From the NCBI GenBank assembly GCA_041664745.1, contig JBAYKD010000001.1, positions 106,551 through 170,550 of the forward strand: 64,000 nt of DNA. The letters run 5' to 3'. Shown piece after piece: positions 27,613-36,291 of this stretch; positions within the stretch are counted from its first letter, which is position 1; every line of letters begins with the position of its first letter. Made by a program: the position numbers and the translations under genes. The stretch comes from Minisyncoccota bacterium. GTDB lineage: Bacteria; Patescibacteriota; Minisyncoccia; Phycocordibacterales; UBA9973. Below the pieces are notes generated by a model. The model had not been told where the DNA came from. It saw nothing but the letters and a program-made list of their open reading frames with translations, and searched no databases.

Positions 27613-28443
27613 TTATTTAATATTATTTTTAACTATTGGTAAGTGGTAAAACCAAAAATTATCTTCTTCTAAATCAAAGGAATCAATAGGAACTATTAAT
27701 GGTTTTACCCCGGTTAAGTTTATCACTTTTTCTAATGCTGGCAAGACTACTTTTTTTGTAAATTCTCCTTCTGCATTTTTTTTATCTTTTAAAACTAAAA
27801 AGTTTTCAAATAAAATTCCAAAACATGTTGTAAGTAAGAAAAAATTTATATAAAAATCAATTGGTTTTTCTTTATCCTTATCTTTACTATACCAATCTAA
27901 TTCATTAAAAAATGAAAAATCCTTAATATTATACAAGTCAAATAATTTTTTGTGAAAATCAATAAGTGATTCACCCCATAATGTTTTTACCTCTTTTAAT
28001 TTTTTACCATTATATTTATTAAAATCAACAATAGTAATTTTTTCAAGGCAATGTTTTTTCTGTTTATCTGTATGATCACAAATATCTAATTGACCCAAAG
28101 AATGTTTATATTTATTATTTGAAGTAAATTTATCTTCAAAATATTCAACAAAAACTGGATTTAAATTGTTGTCTTTTGCCATTGATAGAAACATTCTGTT
28201 TTCATAATTAGGGGTTGCTATTTGTCTAGCCATAATCCCACATTTTTTATTTTTAAAAAGTTCAGGAATATTACCATTTAATAGTTTTTCTACTTTTGTA
28301 ACCAATAATGTATCACTTCTTCTTTCCTCTAAAATTTTAATTGCTTCTGAAAGTGGAGTATAAACAATCTGGTTAAAGATATTCCTATCTGACATTATTT
28401 TATCATAATCCCCAATTGAAACTTTTATTTCTTTTTCTATCAT
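27613..28443 (-). CDS. Hypothetical protein (277 aa) in the polyamine operon
   Basis: ORF tightly packed between the agmatinase and EamA genes. No motif recognised. Start set at the internal Met MIEKEIK. Confidence 0.5.
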   Translation of the reverse strand: MIEKEIKVSIGDYDKIMSDRNIFNQIVYTPLSEAIKILEERRSDTLLVTKVEKLLNGNIPELFKNKKCGIMARQIATPNYENRMFLSMAKDNNLNPVFVEYFEDKFTSNNKYKHSLGQLDICDHTDKQKKHCLEKITIVDFNKYNGKKLKEVKTLWGESLIDFHKKLFDLYNIKDFSFFNELDWYSKDKDKEKPIDFYINFFLLTTCFGILFENFLVLKDKKNAEGEFTKKVVLPALEKVINLTGVKPLIVPIDSFDLEEDNFWFYHLPIVKNNIK

Positions 28444-28469
28444 ATATACATTATTATAGCATAAAACCT

Positions 28470-29522
28470 TTAATTCTTTTGACTTTTGAGGGCAGTTAAG
28501 CAAAGTTTATACAAAACACGAGCTCCAACATTACCATCCCATTCATTTCTTTCTCCTTTGTAATCCTTACCTGGGGCAACTTCACATAGATCAAAGCCGA
28601 TTACTCTTCTACCAGACGATAATAATTCTTCAAATAAAAACACAATTTCTTCAATACTAAATCCACCGATAACTGGCGTGCCCGTGTTTGGACTTAGATA
28701 TGGCATAAGGCCATCTATATCAAATGAAATATAAACATTCTTTGGTAAACATTTTATAATTTCTTTATACTTTTTCTTCAATGTACCACCTTCAAAAACA
28801 AATTTTTTAATGTCATAATCAGTGAATAAAGAAATCCTATCTTTTTCTTTTTGAATGAGATTGTATTCCTCATCGCAAAAATCTCTAACTCCTATCTGAA
28901 CTAATTTTGTTACATTTTTGATTTTTAAAGCATTGAAGAAAATAGATGCATGAGAATATGTTAGCCCTTCGTATGCATCGCGTAAATCAGCATGAGCATC
29001 TATATGTAAAATACCAAAGTCATCATACTTCTCACTTAGAGCTTGCATATAGCCAAATGGCACACTATGATCCCCTCCTACTATTCCAACTATTTTCCCT
29101 TCATTTATTAATTTTAAACTTGTCTCTCTGACATATTTATTTATTTCTTCACAATCTTTATTTATATCATCCTGTAATTCTTTATCTATTTCCCCTTCAA
29201 CATATTTATCAATATATTTAGCAACCTTCTCTTTTGTATGTTGATTGTTGTAAAAAATGCTTGTTGGTATATCTTGCATCACGATACCCTCCTGCCATCC
29301 ATTTTGATATAGATTGTCATAAAGATCTATTTGCTGAGATGCATCAAGTATTGCCTTAGGCCCTTCAGCTGTTCCTCCATGATAAGAAACTGTAGCCTCC
29401 CAAGGTACAGGCACAAGCACTACTTTTGATTCTTCTTCTCCAAAAGGTAAGCCAAAAATTCCATGAGAAGTAAGTCCATTCTCATTCTGATTAAAATTTT
29501 TAATTATTTCTTCTTTGTTCAT
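28470..29522 (-). CDS. speB: Agmatinase (ureohydrolase/arginase family)
   Basis: Mn-binding motifs GGDHS, DAHAD and SFDIDG. Confidence 0.8.
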   Translation of the reverse strand: MNKEEIIKNFNQNENGLTSHGIFGLPFGEEESKVVLVPVPWEATVSYHGGTAEGPKAILDASQQIDLYDNLYQNGWQEGIVMQDIPTSIFYNNQHTKEKVAKYIDKYVEGEIDKELQDDINKDCEEINKYVRETSLKLINEGKIVGIVGGDHSVPFGYMQALSEKYDDFGILHIDAHADLRDAYEGLTYSHASIFFNALKIKNVTKLVQIGVRDFCDEEYNLIQKEKDRISLFTDYDIKKFVFEGGTLKKKYKEIIKCLPKNVYISFDIDGLMPYLSPNTGTPVIGGFSIEEIVFLFEELLSSGRRVIGFDLCEVAPGKDYKGERNEWDGNVGARVLYKLCLTALKSQKN

Positions 29523-29551
29523 ATAATTTGTGTAGCTTGTAATTATATTTT

Positions 29552-30736
29552 TTACGACAGTCTATTTTTAAAATCTTTATAATTAAACTTTTTAATAATT
29601 TTAATCTTTCCATTTTTTTCTACTGTTGTAATGTTCGGAAGATTTACCCCGTTGAAAGTATTATTCTTCACCATGGTATATATAGCCATATTCATAAATA
29701 CCAGTTTTTGACCTATTTCAAGCGGTTTGTTGAATGAATACTCACCTATCACGTCTCCTGTAAGGCAACTGGGCCCTACTAGACGATAGTTATTACTATT
29801 GCCTTCTAATGCTTGCTCTGCTCCTAAGATTGTTGGTAAATAAGGCATTTCGAGCACATCAGGCATATGCGTAGTGGCTGATACATCAAGTACTGCTATG
29901 TTTATACCATTTTTGAAAATATCTACTACACTTGCTACAAGTACTCCTGCATTAAGAGCCACAGCTTCTCCTGGCTCTAGATAAATTTCTAGATGAGGAT
30001 ACTTTAATTTGAAATCATTTAATATTTTGCAAAGTAGTTCTAAATTGTAATCTTTTCTAGTTATATGATGTCCACCTCCAAAATTTACCCATTTCATCTG
30101 CGGCAAAAATTCTCCAAATTTTTCTTCAAAAACTTTTAGACTCCTTTCTAATGCATCAGCATTTAGTTCGCAAAGATTATGGAAGTGTAAACCTTCAAGT
30201 CCTGTAATATTTTCTTTATCAAAATTTTCTTTTGTCACTCCAAAATGAGAATTTGGACTACTTGGATCATACATAGAAGTTTCCACTTCACTATGTTCTA
30301 GGTTTACACGAAGACCACAAGAAACTTTCCCTATACACTTACTCTTAAATTTATTCCACTGAGAGCAAGAATTAAAAACTAAATGATCTGCATACTTTAT
30401 ATACTCTTTAATATTTTCCTCTGTATATGAAGGTGAGAAAACGTGTGTCTCTTTGTCAAATTCTTCACACCCAAGACGAGCTTCATTCACCGAGCTTGCC
30501 TCACTTCCCGAAAGATACTTTTTAATTAATGGAAAAGTAGAAAACATCGAAAAACCCTTAAGCGCCATAAGTATATGAGCCCCAGTTTTTTCTTCCACCC
30601 CTTTTAAAATTTTCAGATTGTTTTCAAGCTTTTCTAAGGAAACTACATATGAAGGAGTTTCTACTTTAGAAAAATCTATATTCCAACCTTCCATTTCAAT
30701 CCAAGGTTCTATAAAAATGTTTTCTGTGTTTTTCAT
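29552..30736 (-). CDS. nspC: Carboxynorspermidine/carboxyspermidine decarboxylase (PLP fold-III decarboxylase)
   Basis: 394 aa fold-III decarboxylase features (HFHNLCE, EPGEAV, GPSCLTGD). Adjacent to a saccharopine-dehydrogenase-like CASDH. Confidence 0.7.
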   Translation of the reverse strand: MKNTENIFIEPWIEMEGWNIDFSKVETPSYVVSLEKLENNLKILKGVEEKTGAHILMALKGFSMFSTFPLIKKYLSGSEASSVNEARLGCEEFDKETHVFSPSYTEENIKEYIKYADHLVFNSCSQWNKFKSKCIGKVSCGLRVNLEHSEVETSMYDPSSPNSHFGVTKENFDKENITGLEGLHFHNLCELNADALERSLKVFEEKFGEFLPQMKWVNFGGGHHITRKDYNLELLCKILNDFKLKYPHLEIYLEPGEAVALNAGVLVASVVDIFKNGINIAVLDVSATTHMPDVLEMPYLPTILGAEQALEGNSNNYRLVGPSCLTGDVIGEYSFNKPLEIGQKLVFMNMAIYTMVKNNTFNGVNLPNITTVEKNGKIKIIKKFNYKDFKNRLS

Positions 30737-30744
30737 TTGTTTAA

Positions 30745-31995
30745 TTAATAACCCTTCTTCAATGCGGCTGGTATATCTTTAAGAGTCTTTATGATAGTAG
30801 TAAGGCCTACTTTTGCCATTTCATCAATGAATATCTTCGAATCAAGGCTTTTATCTTCTGTATTCTTGACTCCTATGCCACCCCATTTACCTTCTAGGAC
30901 TAGTTTTGCACAAGTAACTGTCGGAATTGAAGTTGTATAGCCGATAGCATTGCCTCCTGTTTCTTTATAAGCAGCCTTGTGGTCGCAAACATTATAGATA
31001 TATACAGCTTTTTTCTTGCCAGCCTTTGTTCCAGTGATGATGTTTCCAATATTTGTCTTGCCTACATAGCCGCTATTGAAATCTTCACCTTTTGGTAAAA
31101 TTGCTTTTAAGAATTTAACTGGTACAACTTTTTGTCCATTGTAATCGATGGTATCAATACGTGTAAGTCCAACATTATAAAGAACTCTCAAATATGTAAG
31201 GTATGTCGTAGAAAATGTCATCCAGAAACGAATGCGCTTCAATCCTGGTATGTGTGTAGGAATAGTCTCGAGCTCTTCGTGATACATAAGGTAAGGAGTA
31301 AACTTTCCTGCTTCAGGGAAATTGAATTCAAAGAATGGTGCATCTTCGTCGATAAGCTTCATTCTCTCTTGCCATTTACCTTTCTCCCAGAATTTAATAG
31401 GAAGGATAAGTTCGCGAAGATTTATCTCAGGGTCAAAGTTTGGAGCAAATTTAATCTTTGCATCTTTTGAGCCTCCATTACAATCCAAGATATCTATATT
31501 CTCTATCTTGTCGAACATGTAGTCACGAGCATAAGCTGAATAAATGTTTGAAACTCCTGGGTCAAAACCAGAGCCGAGAATAGCAAGCAAGCCCTTCTTC
31601 TTGAAAGCTTCATTCTTCGCAAGTTGTAATTTATAAGAGAAGCCATACTTCTCAGGGTTTTCATAACAAGCTGTATCTATGTAATTCACACCATATTCTA
31701 GGCAGGCGTCCATCGCCACAAGGTTGTCATATGGACTACCCCAATTCACTACTAATGTTGGTTTCACCTCTTTTAATAATTTAAGAAAATTATCTCCCTT
31801 GCCTACATCTACTATGTGTATATGTAAATCAACTTTGCCCTTAGATTTTTTTAAAACAGATAGACGAACAGCCTCGCATTTACTAGGCGTCCTTCCAACT
31901 ACGTGTATTTCAGTAAAAACATTATTAAATTGGGCCATTTTGTGTAGGCCCACACTTCCAACATTTCCACACCCTATAACTAATATTTTTGACAT
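30745..31995 (-). CDS. Carboxynorspermidine/carboxyspermidine dehydrogenase (saccharopine dehydrogenase family)
   Basis: 416 aa with N-terminal Rossmann IGCGNVGSV, saccharopine-DH-like C-terminus, and typical CASDH length. Confidence 0.7.
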   Translation of the reverse strand: MSKILVIGCGNVGSVGLHKMAQFNNVFTEIHVVGRTPSKCEAVRLSVLKKSKGKVDLHIHIVDVGKGDNFLKLLKEVKPTLVVNWGSPYDNLVAMDACLEYGVNYIDTACYENPEKYGFSYKLQLAKNEAFKKKGLLAILGSGFDPGVSNIYSAYARDYMFDKIENIDILDCNGGSKDAKIKFAPNFDPEINLRELILPIKFWEKGKWQERMKLIDEDAPFFEFNFPEAGKFTPYLMYHEELETIPTHIPGLKRIRFWMTFSTTYLTYLRVLYNVGLTRIDTIDYNGQKVVPVKFLKAILPKGEDFNSGYVGKTNIGNIITGTKAGKKKAVYIYNVCDHKAAYKETGGNAIGYTTSIPTVTCAKLVLEGKWGGIGVKNTEDKSLDSKIFIDEMAKVGLTTIIKTLKDIPAALKKGY

Positions 31996-32098
31996 GTTTC
32001 AAGTTTACTATTGGTACCCCTATAAGTCAACAATATATCCTTGATTTTTCTCCAGAATATTATAGACTTAAAGAGTTTATTCTTAATTTCATATTAAA

Positions 32099-33448
32099 AT
32101 GACTAAAAAAATAATCGTGAACAAATTTGGAGGAGGAATACTTAAGAAAGAGCTTATTCCTATCATAGCTCTCCGACTCAAAGAACAACTAGGGGAAGGC
32201 TATTCACCTATAGTTGTCGTTTCAGCGATGCCCGGCATAACTGACAGCTTAGTCTCTTTCTTAATAAAATTAAAAGAAAAACCTCTAAAAAAGAATGAGG
32301 TTACCTTACTGGTAGAAAACTACATAATAGAACTCAAGAAAATACATAGCAAAATAATAACCGATATGGAATTCAATAAAGAGTGGAGAAATGAAATCCA
32401 TATTGAATTAGAAAAGTTATTTTTTGAGTTAGAAAAAGATTTGAATAATATTCTTTCCCATGATAATTTAGAAGATAAAATAGTTTCTTATGGTGAAAAA
32501 TTCTCCGCAACTATATTAAGCTTTTATTTTAATCTTTCTAGTATTAATACTAAAAGATTGCTAGCCGAGGAAATTCCAATCATTACAGATGATAATTTTA
32601 AAAATGCTAACATCGAATATAAATTATCAGAAAAGAATATTAAAGACAGTTTATTAAAAATAAAAGAAGTTCCAGTTATTGCCGGATTCACAGGTATAAC
32701 TAAAAATGGAGAGACGACAACCTTGGGACGTGGAGGTACAGATACTACTGCTTGCTTCGTAGGAGCGGCACTTAAGGCACACAAGATAATACTATGGAAA
32801 GATGTCGGAGGAGTGCTCTCAGCAGATCCTAAGATTGTGCCTCATGCTCGCGTGATGCCTACTATTAGTTATCAAGAAGCTGAAGAGTCTGGAAAGATTA
32901 TTCACGAAAAAGCAATAGATTTCGTAAAAATGCATAAAACTCCTATAGACATAACTTCCCTTTCCAATCCTAAATTCTTCACACAAATCAAAGAATTAAA
33001 AACTCATAAAAAGGGCACGAAGCTTATAAGCTCAAAGAAGAATCTAACCCTATTTATAATTACAGACGAAAAGATAAAGACAAATGAGCAGCTAAATATA
33101 GTCACTGGAACTTTCGCTAAATATAAAACTGAGATGATTCTAGTGAGCAATACTAGGCATAGCTTACAAGTCGTAGCTGACAATAGTAATGGAATGCTTG
33201 ATCATGTGTTTAAAGAAATAGAAAGTAAGGTTCACCACATCAAAGCTATTCCGGTAAACATGATATTCTTGGTTGGAAACTTTGATGTAAAAGATGTGAA
33301 TAAATTCAATGACTTGCTTATAAAAATGAAAACTGGTTTACAAATAAGTGCATTTCTTTATGAGAATTGTACTCGTATGGAAGCAGTCGTAGAAACAAAT
33401 AAGATCGATGAAATTATTAGAGTGCTGTATAAAAAATTTATTAAATAA
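32099..33448 (+). CDS. lysC: Aspartate kinase
   Basis: 449 aa with N-terminal KFGGG...VVVSAM amino-acid kinase motif and C-terminal ACT domains. Confidence 0.85.
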   Translation: MTKKIIVNKFGGGILKKELIPIIALRLKEQLGEGYSPIVVVSAMPGITDSLVSFLIKLKEKPLKKNEVTLLVENYIIELKKIHSKIITDMEFNKEWRNEIHIELEKLFFELEKDLNNILSHDNLEDKIVSYGEKFSATILSFYFNLSSINTKRLLAEEIPIITDDNFKNANIEYKLSEKNIKDSLLKIKEVPVIAGFTGITKNGETTTLGRGGTDTTACFVGAALKAHKIILWKDVGGVLSADPKIVPHARVMPTISYQEAEESGKIIHEKAIDFVKMHKTPIDITSLSNPKFFTQIKELKTHKKGTKLISSKKNLTLFIITDEKIKTNEQLNIVTGTFAKYKTEMILVSNTRHSLQVVADNSNGMLDHVFKEIESKVHHIKAIPVNMIFLVGNFDVKDVNKFNDLLIKMKTGLQISAFLYENCTRMEAVVETNKIDEIIRVLYKKFIK

Positions 33449-33485
33449 TAAAATAAAAGGCTTCATCAAAAAATTCTTTTCTTCG

Positions 33486-33522
33486 GGTCCTCGGACGAGG
33501 GGGACGGGATCGGTGCCAGACC
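33486..33522 (+). repeat. GC-rich 37-nt intergenic motif, copy B (GGTCCTCGGACGAGGGGGACGGGATCGGTGCCAGACC) between lysC and asd
   Basis: Matches copy A at 7987-8020 (5' GGTCCTCGGAyGAGGGrGGAC and 3' GCCAGACC shared), with U-A to U.G stem variation. Confidence 0.5.
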
Positions 33523-33555
33523 AGCTCAGAAAAGAACATTTTTGATTTCGCCTAC

Positions 33556-34653
33556 ATGCAATTTATGAAAAAGTATAAAGTAGGAATATTGGGAGCAACC
33601 GGAATGGTTGGACAAAATTATGTGAGACTCTTAGAAAACCATCCATGGTTTCAGGTGGTGTATGTAGCTGCATCGGCAAATTCAGCTGGAGTAAAGTACG
33701 AGGAAGCTGTCCGTGGACGCTGGCATATGAATACTCCTATACCAGAAAAAGTCAGGAATCTAATTGTGGAAGATGTTGCAAACATAGAAAAGGCCGCAAA
33801 GAAATGCGACTTTGTATTTTCAGCTTTTGAAATTTCAGACAAAAATCTTGTAAAAGAAATTGAGGAAAAGTATGCAGCCGCTCACATGCCTGTCGTTTCC
33901 AATGCTTCTGCAAATAGAAAAACTGACGACGTACCGATGCTTATTCCAGAGATCAATTCCGATCATTTAAAGATGATTAAGATCCAACAGAAGAATCACG
34001 GCTGGAGTAAGGGATTTATAGCCGTAAAGCCAAATTGTAGCCTACAGAGCTATTTAACCCCTATATATGCCCTAAATAAGGCAGGATTCCCAGTAAAAAA
34101 GATCATTATTACTACCTTGCAGGCAGTTTCTGGCGCTGGATACCCTGGAGTACCAAGTTTAGATATGATAGACAATGTCGTACCATTTATTGGTGGCGAA
34201 GAAGAAAAAACAGAAGAAGAACCACTAAAAATTCTTGGATCAATAGTAAATAATAAATTTGTTAATAATAAAGATTTAACTGTTTCTGCTACTTGTACTC
34301 GTGTGCCTGTTACCAACGGACACTTAGCTACAGTAAATATTTTATTTAAAGACAAGAAGCCAAGTAAAGAAGAAATAATTAAAATTTGGACAAACTTTAA
34401 ATCAGTCCCACAGGATTTGAAATTGCCATTTGCACCCTCAAGTCCAATAATTTATAGAGAGGAAGAAAATCGTCCACAGCCAAGCAAGGATCGCGATACG
34501 GACAAAGGTATGGCCGTCACAATCGGACGATTACGTCCATGTAAAATATTTGATTATAAGTTCGTGGCCCTTTCCCACAACACAGTTCGCGGCGCCGCTG
34601 GCGGAGGAATTCTAAATGCTGAGCTTCTAGTGAAAGAAGGTTATATTAAATAA
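33556..34653 (+). CDS. asd: Aspartate-semialdehyde dehydrogenase (archaeal-type); start may be 33565
   Basis: GILGATGMVGQ Rossmann motif, active-site Cys in KPNCSLQ, 365 aa. Confidence 0.85.
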   Translation: MQFMKKYKVGILGATGMVGQNYVRLLENHPWFQVVYVAASANSAGVKYEEAVRGRWHMNTPIPEKVRNLIVEDVANIEKAAKKCDFVFSAFEISDKNLVKEIEEKYAAAHMPVVSNASANRKTDDVPMLIPEINSDHLKMIKIQQKNHGWSKGFIAVKPNCSLQSYLTPIYALNKAGFPVKKIIITTLQAVSGAGYPGVPSLDMIDNVVPFIGGEEEKTEEEPLKILGSIVNNKFVNNKDLTVSATCTRVPVTNGHLATVNILFKDKKPSKEEIIKIWTNFKSVPQDLKLPFAPSSPIIYREEENRPQPSKDRDTDKGMAVTIGRLRPCKIFDYKFVALSHNTVRGAAGGGILNAELLVKEGYIK

Positions 34654-34680
34654 TAATTTTCACAAATATTATTGTGTATG

Positions 34681-34718
34681 TTGTCTATAATTTACGCATA
34701 TGCTTATATTGTAGACAA
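34681..34718 (+). terminator. 38-bp near-perfect palindrome (TTGTCTATAATTTAC GCATATGC TTATATTGTAGACAA) + T-run; probable bidirectional terminator for asd and the convergent PaaX-like gene
   Basis: 17/20-bp stem seen in the sequence. A core-sharing copy lies at 35319-35354. Confidence 0.5.
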
Positions 34719-34728
34719 TTTTAAAAAA

Positions 34729-35319
34729 TTAAATTAATTCAAAATGCTTCTTAAGTTTTTGTTCGTGAAGCATTTTAGTCACAGTAAATATCTCTATATA
34801 GTTTAATACACCCCAGAAATCAGCTATAAAAAGTATCTCATCCTCACACTTATAAGGATGGACCCAAACACTTTTTTGAATCTGAATAAAACCTAATTGT
34901 TTTAATTTATACCTGAAAGCATTTCTTGATTTTTTAAAGCGTACTGGAAAATCAAAAATAACAACTTGCCATTCCCCATTCCACTTATTAGCCTTCTTTA
35001 TCTCTATTGTTTCAATAGCAAATGAGCGTATATAAGATTCTCCTCTCTTAGTAATTTTTATAATTTGTTGACCATTTTTAGATGAGATGAATTCAATCAT
35101 CTTTTTTCGTTTCAAATAATCAATAGTTTTATCTATTTGTCTTTTATTAAATCTTCTACCACCCTTAAATGTTTCAAATAGTTGAATCGCATTACCAGCA
35201 ATTAAAGCAACACCTAAAAAAGCTGAAACTGCCAGAATACCTAAAACAATTTTAGTGGCTTTTGCCTCTGCTTTATCTGATTTCAAAAAGTTCTCTATTT
35301 GTAAAAGATATTTATTCAT
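34729..35319 (-). CDS. Membrane-anchored PaaX-like regulator paralog (N-terminal TM helix + wHTH + PaaX middle domain)
   Basis: WNGEWQVVIFDFP...RYKLKQLGF...SVW aligns with the 40905..41432 protein and with the PaaX WDGKWLLLL...GFG region. TM segment IVLGILAVSAFLGVALIAG. Confidence 0.6.
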   Translation of the reverse strand: MNKYLLQIENFLKSDKAEAKATKIVLGILAVSAFLGVALIAGNAIQLFETFKGGRRFNKRQIDKTIDYLKRKKMIEFISSKNGQQIIKITKRGESYIRSFAIETIEIKKANKWNGEWQVVIFDFPVRFKKSRNAFRYKLKQLGFIQIQKSVWVHPYKCEDEILFIADFWGVLNYIEIFTVTKMLHEQKLKKHFELI

Positions 35320-35354
35320 GTCTATTATTTTAGCATATGCTTAATTTATAGACA
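35319..35354. promoter_or_regulatory. 36-bp near-palindrome (TGTCTATTATTTTA GCATATGC TTAATTTATAGACA) abutting the start codon of the membrane PaaX-like gene; candidate operator
   Basis: Shares the GCATATGC core and TGTCTAT...ATAGACA arms with the palindrome at 34681-34718. Confidence 0.4.
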
Positions 35355-35378
35355 AATTAAAATATATAGAATAATATA

Positions 35379-36281
35379 TTAGTTAATTAAATTGATAGGA
35401 TTACCTTTTAGGTATGCTTCAATATTATCAATCATCATTTTACTAGCTTTTCTATCAGTTGCATCAGTGTTATATGCTATATGTGGAGTAGCTAAGACTT
35501 TTGGATGATTAGCTAATTTAATATAGGAAGAATCATTAACATCACCAACCTGAATTGAGGCACAGTCACTAGCAATACCTGCCAAAATGTTTTTATCTAA
35601 AGCTTCAATCATTACTTCTGCATCATATATTTTAGGACTAGTTACTGTTAAAAAATATGAGCCCTTTTTAAGGGAATTAAAGAATTCTTTATTTAGCAAA
35701 CCCTTAGTTGTTTCATTTGAACCCAAAGTATCAACTACAACATCAGCCTCTTTTACAGATTCAATTAGATTATCATTCTTTGTAAAATATTTAACATTCA
35801 TCTCTAATGCCTCACATATCTTACCAACCCTAAACCCAACATTACCCTTGCCTAAAATTGTAATATTTTTATCAACTAATCCTTTTGTTTCTTTTGGAAT
35901 ATTATCGGATTCTTTTTTATTAATCCAATTTGGTAAATCTCTTAACAGATTGAGGATCATTGCAATTATCCATTCACTAACAGCTTCCTTATTACAGCCA
36001 GGGCAATTTGAAACTTTTATATTTCTTTTATTTAGTACATCTCTATTTAGAAAGTCTGTTGCAACGAAAGGCAAGGACAAAAAAGTATTTTCCAATTCTT
36101 GATATTTAAGTTTTAATCCAAATTTACCAGAACAAATAACATCTGCTCCTTTACATCTTTCAAGCCAGTCTTCGGGAATCTTTGGTAAGTCATCATAGTA
36201 TTTAACCTCGCCTAATTTATTTAGTCTTTCTTTTTCTTCAATATTTAAACCTAAATCTTGGGTTACAACTATTTTAGTCAT
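35379..36281 (-). CDS. D-isomer-specific 2-hydroxyacid dehydrogenase (NAD-binding)
   Basis: GxGxxG motif ILGKGNVGFRVG and catalytic-domain similarity to 2-hydroxyacid dehydrogenases; 300 aa. Confidence 0.75.
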   Translation of the reverse strand: MTKIVVTQDLGLNIEEKERLNKLGEVKYYDDLPKIPEDWLERCKGADVICSGKFGLKLKYQELENTFLSLPFVATDFLNRDVLNKRNIKVSNCPGCNKEAVSEWIIAMILNLLRDLPNWINKKESDNIPKETKGLVDKNITILGKGNVGFRVGKICEALEMNVKYFTKNDNLIESVKEADVVVDTLGSNETTKGLLNKEFFNSLKKGSYFLTVTSPKIYDAEVMIEALDKNILAGIASDCASIQVGDVNDSSYIKLANHPKVLATPHIAYNTDATDRKASKMMIDNIEAYLKGNPINLIN

Positions 36282-36291
36282 AAAAATTTAA

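Noticed and set aside
31996-32098. Possible lysine riboswitch upstream of lysC
   Set aside because: The spacer is only about 100 nt and AT-rich, and lacks the multi-helix GC-rich L-box features. Not supported.
33449-33555. GC-rich lysC-asd spacer as SRP RNA / RNase P / other known ncRNA
   Set aside because: Too short, and no match to remembered conserved cores (for example SRP domain IV). Retained only as an unclassified motif.
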